Below, one piece after another: positions 19,082 through 26,688 of a DNA stretch of 32,000 nucleotides (within the stretch, counting starts at the first letter, position 1; each line of letters begins with the position of its first letter). This stretch comes from Candidatus Electronema halotolerans (GTDB lineage Bacteria; Desulfobacterota; Desulfobulbia; Desulfobulbales; Desulfobulbaceae). The stretch lies in the NCBI GenBank assembly GCA_942493095.1, contig OW818675.1, positions 1,440,001-1,472,000 of the forward strand, in the 5' to 3' direction. The notes beneath the pieces were generated by a model. It was not told where the DNA came from. It saw nothing but the letters and a program-made list of their open reading frames with translations, and made no database searches. Both the position numbers and the translations under genes were made by a program.

Positions 19082-20884
19082 ATGCTCAGACTGCCCGTCC
19101 GCGCTTTCAGCCTGAAAAAGCGCATCGTCTTTGGCTACCTCTGCACCGGGGCCGTGGCCTGCGCCATCGTCCTGCTCTCCTGGGGCACCTTTGAACGGTT
19201 CTCTGCTGACCTGCGCAAGATCGTCCAGTTCAGCCGCCATGCCGCTGACAGCATGACCTTTGCCGCCCAGATGGCTGAGATGCAGCGCAAGGCCCTGATC
19301 TATATTTATGAAGGCCATAATTCAGCAGGCGAGCAGGTCAGGGCGGTCTATCAGCAGATGATCGGCAGCATCAGCAGAGATAGAGGTCTGGCCGCAGCAA
19401 ACGCAGCCGCAGCCTTGGCTGGAACGCATCTGAATGCCTATTACGAGGCCTTCAAGGAAGTGCGGCAGCAGCGGAATATCCGGGAGCGGCTGACCAAGAT
19501 GGAACTGCGCATATATGCCACCAGAGCGCAGCAGCTCATTGAGGAGATGACCAGAGAGGAGGAGAGGCACAAGCGGCTGGAGTGCGCCCGGATGCTCAAC
19601 GCCTTTCTTCAGATTGAAAAGAACGCCTACCGATACTTTGACTCGCTTGACGGCCAGTTCATCCGGGCCGCGTCAGACTATATTGAGCAAACCCGCTCCA
19701 TGCTGGGCATTTTCAGCAACCGGCAGCGGACAGCGGACTTGGCCGCAGTGCTGGACCAGTACGAAAGCACCTTTCTGGAGGCGGTGCAGCGCACACGCGG
19801 CTACCTCTATCTGGTCAATGTGGTCATGGCTGCCGAGGCCTACGAGACCATGTATCAGGTGCGGAAGCTGGCCAAGATCATGAGTGACGCATCTGAGCAG
19901 GCGCAGGAGGAGGTGACAGCCCATATCAGCTCCCGGCTGTGGCTGCTCCTCCTCACCAGCGGCCTGCTCCTTCTGTTCATCATCCTTTTTTCATGGATCA
20001 TCATCAAGAGCATCACAACCCCCCTCAACCGGCTGACCCAGACCTTCCAGCGGCTGGCCGCAGGCTCGTCCGAGGCCGACATTCCTCCCTATCCGCTCGA
20101 AGATGAGCTGGGCGCGCTGACCCGTGCCGCTGCCAGCTTCAAAGCCAAGAACATTGAGCTGGAGGAGAGCAAAAAGGAGCTGGAGCATTCCAATGACGAG
20201 CTGGAGCAGTTTGTCTATACAGTCTCGCATGATCTCAAGTCGCCGATAGTCACCAGCATGGGCTTCATCGGCATCATCCGCAAGCTGGCTGATCAAGGCA
20301 AGGCCGAGCAGGCTGTCGGCATGTTGGATAAGGTGGTCAAGGCCAATGAGCGGATGAGCCAGCTCATCAACGATCTGCTCGAACTGAGCCGGGTCGGGCG
20401 GATTGACATGGAGACCAAGCCGTTTGATCTCAACCTGCTCTTAGCCGACTTTGCCCGCAGCCGGAGCGAGGTGCTGGCCCAGGAGCAGTTCCGCCTGCTC
20501 ATCGAACCCGGCCTGCCGACCATTCTTGCCAACGAGAGCCGCGCCCTGCAAATCTTTGAGAACATCCTCTCCAATGCCCTCAAATACGCCAACCAAAAAC
20601 GGAACGGCTGCCTGCGCATCAGTTCGGCCAGCGACGCGGCATGGCATCATGTCCTTTGCGCTGACAACGGGCCGGGCATCCCGGAGGAGTATCGGGAAAA
20701 AATCTTCGGGCTTTTTTACCGGCTGGATGTCAATATGGAAGGCACCGGCATTGGCTTGGCCGTGGCCAGGAAGATCATGAAGCTGCACGGCGGTGAAATT
20801 TGGGTCGAAGCAGGGCCGGAAGGCGGGGCCGTGTTTCATCTCACTTTCCCAAAAACGGAACCAGGCATCCGGCAGGAAGGGTAA
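19082..20884 (+). CDS. Transmembrane sensor histidine kinase with HAMP domain
   Basis: 600 aa; two TM segments flanking a periplasmic alpha-helical region, HAMP, HisKA 'FVYTVSHDLKSPIVTSMGFI', HATPase 'FENILSNALKYA', 'DNGPGIPEEYREKIFGLFYRL', 'GTGIGLAVARKI'. Confidence 0.93.
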   Translation: MLRLPVRAFSLKKRIVFGYLCTGAVACAIVLLSWGTFERFSADLRKIVQFSRHAADSMTFAAQMAEMQRKALIYIYEGHNSAGEQVRAVYQQMIGSISRDRGLAAANAAAALAGTHLNAYYEAFKEVRQQRNIRERLTKMELRIYATRAQQLIEEMTREEERHKRLECARMLNAFLQIEKNAYRYFDSLDGQFIRAASDYIEQTRSMLGIFSNRQRTADLAAVLDQYESTFLEAVQRTRGYLYLVNVVMAAEAYETMYQVRKLAKIMSDASEQAQEEVTAHISSRLWLLLLTSGLLLLFIILFSWIIIKSITTPLNRLTQTFQRLAAGSSEADIPPYPLEDELGALTRAAASFKAKNIELEESKKELEHSNDELEQFVYTVSHDLKSPIVTSMGFIGIIRKLADQGKAEQAVGMLDKVVKANERMSQLINDLLELSRVGRIDMETKPFDLNLLLADFARSRSEVLAQEQFRLLIEPGLPTILANESRALQIFENILSNALKYANQKRNGCLRISSASDAAWHHVLCADNGPGIPEEYREKIFGLFYRLDVNMEGTGIGLAVARKIMKLHGGEIWVEAGPEGGAVFHLTFPKTEPGIRQEG

Positions 20885-20900
20885 TCTGAACGTTCTTTCT

Positions 20901-20997
20901 GCCGCCGCAGGTAGGGGCTGCCCCCTGTGGCCGACCCGGCATTTCCCGTCATTTTAGCACTTTGCACGGGCAGACACAGGTATCTGTCCCTACGGCG
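20901..20997. repeat. Short imperfect inverted-repeat element (REP/MITE-like), about 97 bp
   Basis: Left end CCGCCGCAGGTAGGGGCTGCCCCCTGTG; right end (reverse complement) CCGCCGTAGGGACAGATACCTGTGTCTGCCC. Lies between two signalling genes. Confidence 0.45.
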
Positions 20998-21096
20998 GAC
21001 GGCAGAACTCCGGCTATATTGCCATTCAGATGACAAGGACGCTCCTGTCCTGACAGGAGCTGCGGGCCGGTGCGGAAGAACATAAGGAGACATGAC

Positions 21097-21552
21097 ATGA
21101 GTCAGGAGGAACGCAAGCTGCTGCTGATTGAGGACAATGATGATCATGCCGAACTGGCTGAATTCTACATCAAAGACTGCGGGCCGCAGTTTCAGGTCAG
21201 GCGTTTACGGGACGGAGCCGAGGCAATGGCTTATATTGAGCAGGCCGAGTGCGCGGAGCAGTGCCTGCCCTGGCTGGTTCTGCTTGATCTCAAGCTGCCC
21301 AAATACGACGGCCACGAAGTCCTGATCCAGCTCAAGAAAAGCCCCTGCCTGGCCAAGGTGCCGGTGGTCATCTTCTCCACCTCCAATTCCGGCAAGGACA
21401 TTGAGCAGGCCCTGAACAATCATGCCAACAGCTATCTGATCAAGCCGATGGAGGCGGACAAGTACGGCCAGCTAATCAGCGAGATGCTCCATTACTGGCA
21501 GTTGAACCAGCATCATCATATCCTCTGCCCTCCACGCAAGACCAATGCCTGA
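21097..21552 (+). CDS. Single-domain response regulator (Rcp1-like receiver)
   Basis: MSQEERKLLLIEDNDDHAELAEFYIKDCG..., phospho-acceptor context 'WLVLLDLKLPKYDGHE', 'PVVIFSTSNSGKDI', 'SYLIKP'. Confidence 0.92.
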   Translation: MSQEERKLLLIEDNDDHAELAEFYIKDCGPQFQVRRLRDGAEAMAYIEQAECAEQCLPWLVLLDLKLPKYDGHEVLIQLKKSPCLAKVPVVIFSTSNSGKDIEQALNNHANSYLIKPMEADKYGQLISEMLHYWQLNQHHHILCPPRKTNA

Positions 21553-24130
21553 ACAGCCGCTGAATATCCTTCTGATTGAGGACAACCCTGATCATGCCGA
21601 CCTCTTTCTGGCCAACCTGTCCCTGACCGCTTACGCTCATGCGCAGGTGGTCAGACAGGAGACCTTGCGGGGCGGACAGGCGGCTTTGGCGGACGGGCAG
21701 TTTGATCTTCTCTTCATCGACCTCTCGCTCCAGGACAGCAGCATTGCCGAAACCATGACCCAGCTCCGGGACATGGGCCTGAGCTGCGGCTGCCCGGTCA
21801 TTGTCCTCACCTCGCTGGACGACCGCAGCACCATTCTCGACATCATCAGAAAGGGCGCGGATGATTGTCTGCCCAAGCTGGAGCTGAACGACACCCTGCT
21901 GGAACGAATCATCCATTTCAACCTTGACCGCTGGCGGCTCCGGCAGCAGCTGCTCAGGAGCGAGGAGGCCTACAAGGACCTGTACGACAATTCGCCCAAC
22001 ATGCTCGGCTCTGTTGATGTCGCGACCCGCAAGGTCCTGACCTGCAATCAGACCTTTGCCAGAAAAACAGGCTACAGCATGGAGGAGATCATTGGCAGAA
22101 GGATTGACGAGTTCTATCATCCTGACTGCCTGGAGCACTTTCAGAAGGTCTTCGCCTCGTTCCTGAGGACTGGGGTGATCAGGAATGCCGAAATCAAGAT
22201 CAGGCGCAAGGACGGCGCTGTCATTGACGTGCTGCTCAATGTCTCAGCCGTGCGGGATGAGCAGGGCAATATCCTGCATACCCGCTCCACGTGGATTGAC
22301 ATCACCGAAAAACACGCGGCGGAACGGGAACTCCAGCATATTCAGCAGCTCAACCGGCTGATCATTGACACCATCCCGGACCTGCTCTGGCTCAAGGATG
22401 CGGACGGGGTCTATTTGGCCTGCAATCCCCGTTTCGAGGAATTCTTCGGCGCGCCGGAGGCGGAGATCATCGGCAGGACAGATTATGATTTTGTCAGCAA
22501 GGAGCTGTCCGATGCCTTCCGCATGTATGATAAAAAGGCTGCAACAGCGAGAAAGACTTTGGTGAATGAGGAATGGGTGACGCTGGCTGACGGCAAGGAG
22601 ATTCTGCTGGAAACCACCAAGGCGCCGCTGATTGACGATGACGGCAGTCTTGCCGGGGTCATGGGCATTGGTCATGACATCACGGAGCGGCATGAGGCGG
22701 CCCAGAAGATTGAGGCGGCCAGCCGGGCCAAGTCAGTGTTCCTTTCCAGCATGAGCCACGAGCTGCGCACCCCGCTCAACGCCATTCTCGGCTACACCCA
22801 GATATTTCTCAACGATGAGAGCCTGACCGACCGGCAGCGGAGCGGGATCAGCACCATCCATCAGGCCGGCGAGCACCTGCTGCTCCTGATCAACGACATT
22901 CTCGACATTTCCCGGATTGAATCCGGCAAGATGGAACTGATCGAGACCGAGTTCTGCCTTGGCTCCTTCCTGCAAGGCATTGGTGACATCATCCAGCTCC
23001 GGGCCAGAGACAAGGGCTTGGACTTTCTCCTGGAGACCAAGACCCTGCCGTCCGTGATCATTGCCGATGAGCTGCGTCTGCGGCAGGTGCTCCTCAATCT
23101 GCTCACCAATGCGGTCAAGTTCACTGGCAGCGGCTGGTGCGCCCTCAAGGTGCGGGCTGAGGCCATCGGTGAAGGCCGGGTGCGGCTGGATATTGCGGTT
23201 GAGGACAGCGGCCCCGGCATCAGCGCGGATGAGCAGCAGCTCATCTTTGAACCCTTTCTCCAAGTGGGCGAGCGGCTTCAGCACCGGGAGGGCACCGGCC
23301 TTGGCCTGGCGATCAGCCGGGAAATGGTGCGGCTGATGGGCGGCGAGCTGCACGTGCTCAGTCCGGTCAGCAGCAGGACGGAGGATGGGACAGGGCCGGG
23401 CTGCCGCTTCTTTTTCAGCATTGAGGCACCAGTCTCCAATCACCAGATCAACCCTGCCCGCCAGCAGCGCAAAGTAATTGGCTACACCTGCCCGTGGCAG
23501 CCGGGCCTGCCGCTCAGGGTGCTGGTTGTCGATGACAAGCTCTCCAACCGGGCCGTGCTGCGCGACACCTTGGAACCGCTCGGCTTTCTCATCCAGGAGG
23601 CGGCGGACGGCGTGGAAGTGCCTGCGGCCTGCGGCCGCTTCTGGCCCCATATCATTCTCATGGATTTGCGGATGCCGAAAGTCGATGGCTTCACTGCTGC
23701 CGTCGATCTCAAACGGCAGCCGGAATTCCGCCATATTCCCATTGTCGCAGTCACTGCCTCCATTGCCGAGGGCGACATCTTCCGCCGCCGCTGTCTGGAG
23801 AATGGCTTCTGCGATTACATCCACAAGCCGTTTTCCGCTGCCGAGCTGCTGGAAATCATGGCGGATCATCTCAATATTGAGCTGATCTACAGCAAAACCA
23901 AAACAGCGGCGGAGCAGGAGGATATCGTCTTGCCGCCCCAGGAGCTGCTGGATGCGCTGGATGCGCTGGCCGAGGTTGGCGAGATTCAGGGCCTCAGTGA
24001 CAAGATTGCGGAAATCGCGCAGATGGAAGCGGGCAAATACCGGGTCTTTGCCCGCCGGGCGCAGGAGCTGGCCGAAGACTTCAATTTCACCTCTCTGCTG
24101 GACTTAGCAGCAGGCCGTTTGAACCAATAG
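21545..24130 (+). CDS. Hybrid sensor histidine kinase: REC-PAS-PAS-HisKA-HATPase-REC
   Basis: 861 aa; N-terminal REC 'ILLIEDNPDHADLF...LLFIDLSLQDSS', PAS regions, HisKA 'AKSVFLSSMSHELRTPLNAILGYTQI', HATPase 'GTGLGLAISREMVRLMGG', C-terminal REC 'RVLVVDDKLSNRAVL...IILMDLRMPKVDGF'. Overlaps the preceding gene by 8 nt. Confidence 0.94.
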   Translation: MPEQPLNILLIEDNPDHADLFLANLSLTAYAHAQVVRQETLRGGQAALADGQFDLLFIDLSLQDSSIAETMTQLRDMGLSCGCPVIVLTSLDDRSTILDIIRKGADDCLPKLELNDTLLERIIHFNLDRWRLRQQLLRSEEAYKDLYDNSPNMLGSVDVATRKVLTCNQTFARKTGYSMEEIIGRRIDEFYHPDCLEHFQKVFASFLRTGVIRNAEIKIRRKDGAVIDVLLNVSAVRDEQGNILHTRSTWIDITEKHAAERELQHIQQLNRLIIDTIPDLLWLKDADGVYLACNPRFEEFFGAPEAEIIGRTDYDFVSKELSDAFRMYDKKAATARKTLVNEEWVTLADGKEILLETTKAPLIDDDGSLAGVMGIGHDITERHEAAQKIEAASRAKSVFLSSMSHELRTPLNAILGYTQIFLNDESLTDRQRSGISTIHQAGEHLLLLINDILDISRIESGKMELIETEFCLGSFLQGIGDIIQLRARDKGLDFLLETKTLPSVIIADELRLRQVLLNLLTNAVKFTGSGWCALKVRAEAIGEGRVRLDIAVEDSGPGISADEQQLIFEPFLQVGERLQHREGTGLGLAISREMVRLMGGELHVLSPVSSRTEDGTGPGCRFFFSIEAPVSNHQINPARQQRKVIGYTCPWQPGLPLRVLVVDDKLSNRAVLRDTLEPLGFLIQEAADGVEVPAACGRFWPHIILMDLRMPKVDGFTAAVDLKRQPEFRHIPIVAVTASIAEGDIFRRRCLENGFCDYIHKPFSAAELLEIMADHLNIELIYSKTKTAAEQEDIVLPPQELLDALDALAEVGEIQGLSDKIAEIAQMEAGKYRVFARRAQELAEDFNFTSLLDLAAGRLNQ

Positions 24131-24136
24131 AAGACC

Positions 24137-24748
24137 ATGCCCCAAGCTAAGGACTCGATTCTTGTTGTTGATGATCAGCCTACCAACCTGCGGGTGCTGC
24201 TCGCCTTTCTCCAGTCACACAACTTTCAGCTCTACATTGCTGACAGCGGCACCCGCGCCCTGAGCATCCTCAGCAGGGTCAGCCCGGACCTGATCCTGCT
24301 TGACGTGATGATGCCGGACATAGACGGCTTTGAGACCTGCCGCCGGATCAAGGCGGATGAAGAGCGGAAGCACATTCCCGTGGTCTTCATGACCGCTTTG
24401 GACAGCGTGGAGGACAAGATGGCTGGCTTCTCAGCAGGCGGAGTGGATTACATCACCAAGCCGTTTCAGCAGGTGGAAGTGCTGGCCCGGATCAGAACCC
24501 ATATCACCCTGCGGAAACGGGAGCTGGAGCTGGAGCAGGCCTTGACGGAAATCAAGACCCTGACCGGCATCCTGCCGATATGCTCCTATTGCAAGCAGAT
24601 CCGCAACGATCAGGGCTACTGGCAGCAGGTGGAGGAATATATCAGCCAGCACTCCAAGGCCATGTTCAGCCACGGCCTCTGCCCGGACTGCTATCAGAAG
24701 GAAATGGAGCATGTCCGCAGATTGACGGAAAAAAAGGCGGAGGAGTGA
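24137..24748 (+). CDS. Response regulator with C-terminal Cys-rich (CxxC...CxxC) segment
   Basis: 203 aa; REC 'ILVVDDQPTNLRVL...LILLDVMMPDIDGFETC...VVFMTALDS...DYITKPFQ'; C-terminus 'GILPICSYCKQIRNDQGYWQQVEEYISQHSKAMFSHGLCPDCYQKEM'. Confidence 0.92.
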   Translation: MPQAKDSILVVDDQPTNLRVLLAFLQSHNFQLYIADSGTRALSILSRVSPDLILLDVMMPDIDGFETCRRIKADEERKHIPVVFMTALDSVEDKMAGFSAGGVDYITKPFQQVEVLARIRTHITLRKRELELEQALTEIKTLTGILPICSYCKQIRNDQGYWQQVEEYISQHSKAMFSHGLCPDCYQKEMEHVRRLTEKKAEE

Positions 24749-24756
24749 AGGAGGGT

Positions 24757-24783
24757 GCCCGGAGACAGCGCTCCGGGCTTTGG
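24757..24783. terminator. Bidirectional-looking terminator hairpin between convergent genes
   Basis: Perfect 8-bp stem GCCCGGAG (24757-24764) / CTCCGGGC (24771-24778) followed by TTT. Confidence 0.5.
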
Positions 24784-24800
24784 CTGGAAGAGCTGCCTGC

Positions 24801-25160
24801 TCAGTAGGAATGTGTGCCCAGCACCACCTTGACCCCGAATTTCTTCTCCAAATTGATCTTCAGATCATCGTAGGCAATGGGGCAGCCTGCGGTTTCCATA
24901 GCCGCCTTCATGCAGGTGCCGAGATGCACCACCTCCATCGGCCTGTCAAGACTGCTGGTGGTCTCCTTGAGCAGCTTGACCCTCGGCACGGTCAGACCAG
25001 GGCAGCCGCCGCAGTCGGTCATGGCCACCAGCTCAATGTCCTCATCCTTGTACTGAGCAAATTCACCGTTTTTCTCAGCCATGCCCTTGTAGCACTTGGC
25101 GCAGGCGATGCAGGAGTTGTCCTTGATCTGCTTGCAGTACAGGATTGCGATTTTAGCCAT
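24801..25160 (-). CDS. CGGC domain-containing protein (predicted metal/cysteine-rich)
   Basis: Start MAKIAILYCKQIKDNSCIACAKCYKGM; 'AMTDCGGCPGLTVPRV', 'VVHLGTCMKAAM', 'CPIAYDDLKINLEKKFG' typical of CGGC proteins. Confidence 0.85.
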   Translation of the reverse strand: MAKIAILYCKQIKDNSCIACAKCYKGMAEKNGEFAQYKDEDIELVAMTDCGGCPGLTVPRVKLLKETTSSLDRPMEVVHLGTCMKAAMETAGCPIAYDDLKINLEKKFGVKVVLGTHSY

Positions 25161-25473
25161 AATGCGTTCTCCGTTGAAAAAAAGTACCAAGAACGGGCCG
25201 CGCTGCCGCTGCCCGATGCAGTTTGCCGCACTAACTCACGGGAAGAAAAGATGTTGAGCTTAAATCACCTGAAGCGGGAACGCAAGCGGATTTGTCAAAT
25301 ATCTCATGCTTTCGGGGAGGAAGATTCGTCGGTGCAGGCATGGCGGCAAGACAGTTGGCTGCCTGTTCTCCAGCTGGGCAAGCAGTTTATTCGGGGCACT
25401 GCTTGACATCACACTCTAATAATGATAATAATTACTATATAGCATTGCTAATCAACCTACAGAGAGGTGCTCC

Positions 25474-25872
25474 ATGCTGACTCTTGCAGAAATACGACAA
25501 GACAGGACATTGGCCAACAGCATCGACTGGGCGATGACCCCAGAGAAAGCTGTGGAAATGTATCTGGAATGGGGAACAGGCTGGATCAGGGGCAACGACT
25601 TTGTTTCCAGCGCCAGCGATGAGAGCTATTACTTTGTCATCTATGACTGGGAGATTGAGCCGCCGGTAGTCACGCTGCTGCACCGCACGGTTGAGGGCGC
25701 GGAAGAACTCGCCAAAATCGAAGTGCCCAAAGACCTCTTTGATGCCTCCTGCAAAGAGGACGGCATCAAGCCGGGCGGAACAGTTCATCGCTTGACCCGT
25801 GCGCTCAAAGAATGGCTGAATGTCCGTATTGAAGGACCGCCTCTTGAGTTCTTCGTCGGAATCGAACACTGA
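25474..25872 (+). CDS. Hypothetical protein resembling the DVU0772 family
   Basis: 132 aa: MLTLAEIRQDRTLANSIDWAMTPEKAVEMYLEWGTGWIRG..., a well-formed ORF with an upstream RBS-like AGAGAGG; family assignment from recalled N-terminal pattern. Confidence 0.6.
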   Translation: MLTLAEIRQDRTLANSIDWAMTPEKAVEMYLEWGTGWIRGNDFVSSASDESYYFVIYDWEIEPPVVTLLHRTVEGAEELAKIEVPKDLFDASCKEDGIKPGGTVHRLTRALKEWLNVRIEGPPLEFFVGIEH

Positions 25873-26076
25873 CAGTCACCATCTTCATCTCCAGCAGCAT
25901 GAACAAAAGGCCGGATGCTTTCATCCGGCCTTTCTGCATCTTCCGCCTGAACCGTGCTCCTTACCCCTGAATGCGCACCTTGCTCTGCTTACGCAGCAGG
26001 CGGTGCGGGCAAGCGGCTGTATCGTTCGCCATCTCCAAGCCAACATGATTGGCGCGCATCCTGCGGTGCTGAGGAG

Positions 26077-26183
26077 GACACCAGTGTGCAGGCAGGCTCG
26101 ACACTGGTGTCGGCGATGACTGCATACCAGTGTGCAGCCACGCTGGACACTGGTGTCGGGAGCGCGTGATCACCAGTGTGCAG
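26077..26183. repeat. 46-bp tandem repeat (about 2.3 units), each unit containing an internal inverted repeat
   Basis: ACCAGTGTGCAG starts at 26080, 26126 and 26172 (period exactly 46). GACACTGGTGTCGG starts at 26100 and 26146 (period 46). The first unit forms an 11-bp perfect stem GACACCAGTGT (26077-26087) / ACACTGGTGTC (26101-26111). Confidence 0.85.
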
Positions 26184-26192
26184 GTGGGGAGA

Positions 26193-26223
26193 AAGGGTGA
26201 AGGGTGAAGGGTGAAGGGTGAAG
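26193..26223. repeat. 7-bp microsatellite (AAGGGTG)4 plus AAG
   Basis: Direct reading of 26193-26223: AAGGGTG x4 then AAG. Confidence 0.9.
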
Positions 26224-26325
26224 TCGGGGCATCACGCAGACTTGATTGAACAGACGCGGCAGCAGATCAAGTTGACCAATGGACGACAGGGCGATGAACG
26301 GCGTGGTGTTGGAGAAGACAATCAC
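26224..26325 (-). pseudogene. Truncated N-terminus of a DUF3368/PIN-like toxin
   Basis: Minus-strand frame of ORF 26170..26526 contains 'VIVFSNTTPFIALSSIGQLDLLPRLFNQVCV', resembling the start of DUF3368 proteins; similarity stops at about 26230 and the frame then runs into the AAGGGTG repeat. Possible GTG start at 26325. Confidence 0.55.
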
Positions 26326-26578
26326 AGCAGCATGGTGTCTCCCTGCGGAAGTCGTCGGACGAGTCCTCAAGCAAGGCGGCTCCCTGCTCCATCGCCTTGA
26401 AGAGAAAGGCAGCCCGTGGCATGTCAAGCCATCGCGCCGCCATCCCGGAAGAGATGCTTCCCTTCCTGAACAAGGCGATTGCCGCCTCCAGCTTGACCAT
26501 CTCCGCAAGGCGTTCCACGTTGACATGCAGCCCCTGCAGCAGCTCTGCGGGACATTCTATGCACATGACCTTTTCCAT
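26267..26578 (-). CDS. UPF0175-like antitoxin (small HTH-type protein), possibly degenerate
   Basis: MEKVMCIECPAELLQGLHVNVERLAEMVKLEAAIALFRKGSISSGMAARWLDMPRAAFLFKAMEQGAALLEDSSDD...; 'ALFRKGSISSGMAARWLDMPRAAFL' resembles the UPF0175 core. C-terminal end overlaps the toxin remnant in another frame. Confidence 0.6.
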   Translation of the reverse strand: MEKVMCIECPAELLQGLHVNVERLAEMVKLEAAIALFRKGSISSGMAARWLDMPRAAFLFKAMEQGAALLEDSSDDFRRETPCCCDCLLQHHAVHRPVVHWST

Positions 26579-26637
26579 GAGAAACCTCTGTTGTTGAAAC
26601 GACACCGCACTGTGCAGCAAGCATGTTGTCAACAGGA

Positions 26638-26678
26638 AAAAGACCAGCCCTGCGCTTCAACAATGCAGGGCAGTCTTT
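26638..26678 (-). terminator. Rho-independent terminator downstream of typA
   Basis: Stem GCCCTGC (26647-26653) / GCAGGGC (26665-26671), extended by AAAGAC/GTCTTT, with T-run on the minus strand. Confidence 0.7.
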
Positions 26679-26688
26679 GCTGCGCTCC

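Noticed and set aside
18304-19125. 273-aa minus-strand ORF
   Set aside because: Antisense to the solute-binding protein gene, which has a signal peptide and family-like sequence.
22733-23869. 378-aa minus-strand ORF
   Set aside because: Lies antisense inside the hybrid kinase, low-complexity/His-Glu-rich artefact of GC-rich coding; the plus strand has clear HisKA/HATPase/REC motifs.
17803-24748. Anti-phage or toxin-type defence system
   Set aside because: All genes are standard sensory/regulatory modules; no nuclease, NTPase or effector domain seen.
26077-26183. Possible CRISPR array
   Set aside because: Only about 2.3 units, period 46 with internally palindromic arms and no normal repeat/spacer alternation; no cas genes in the window.
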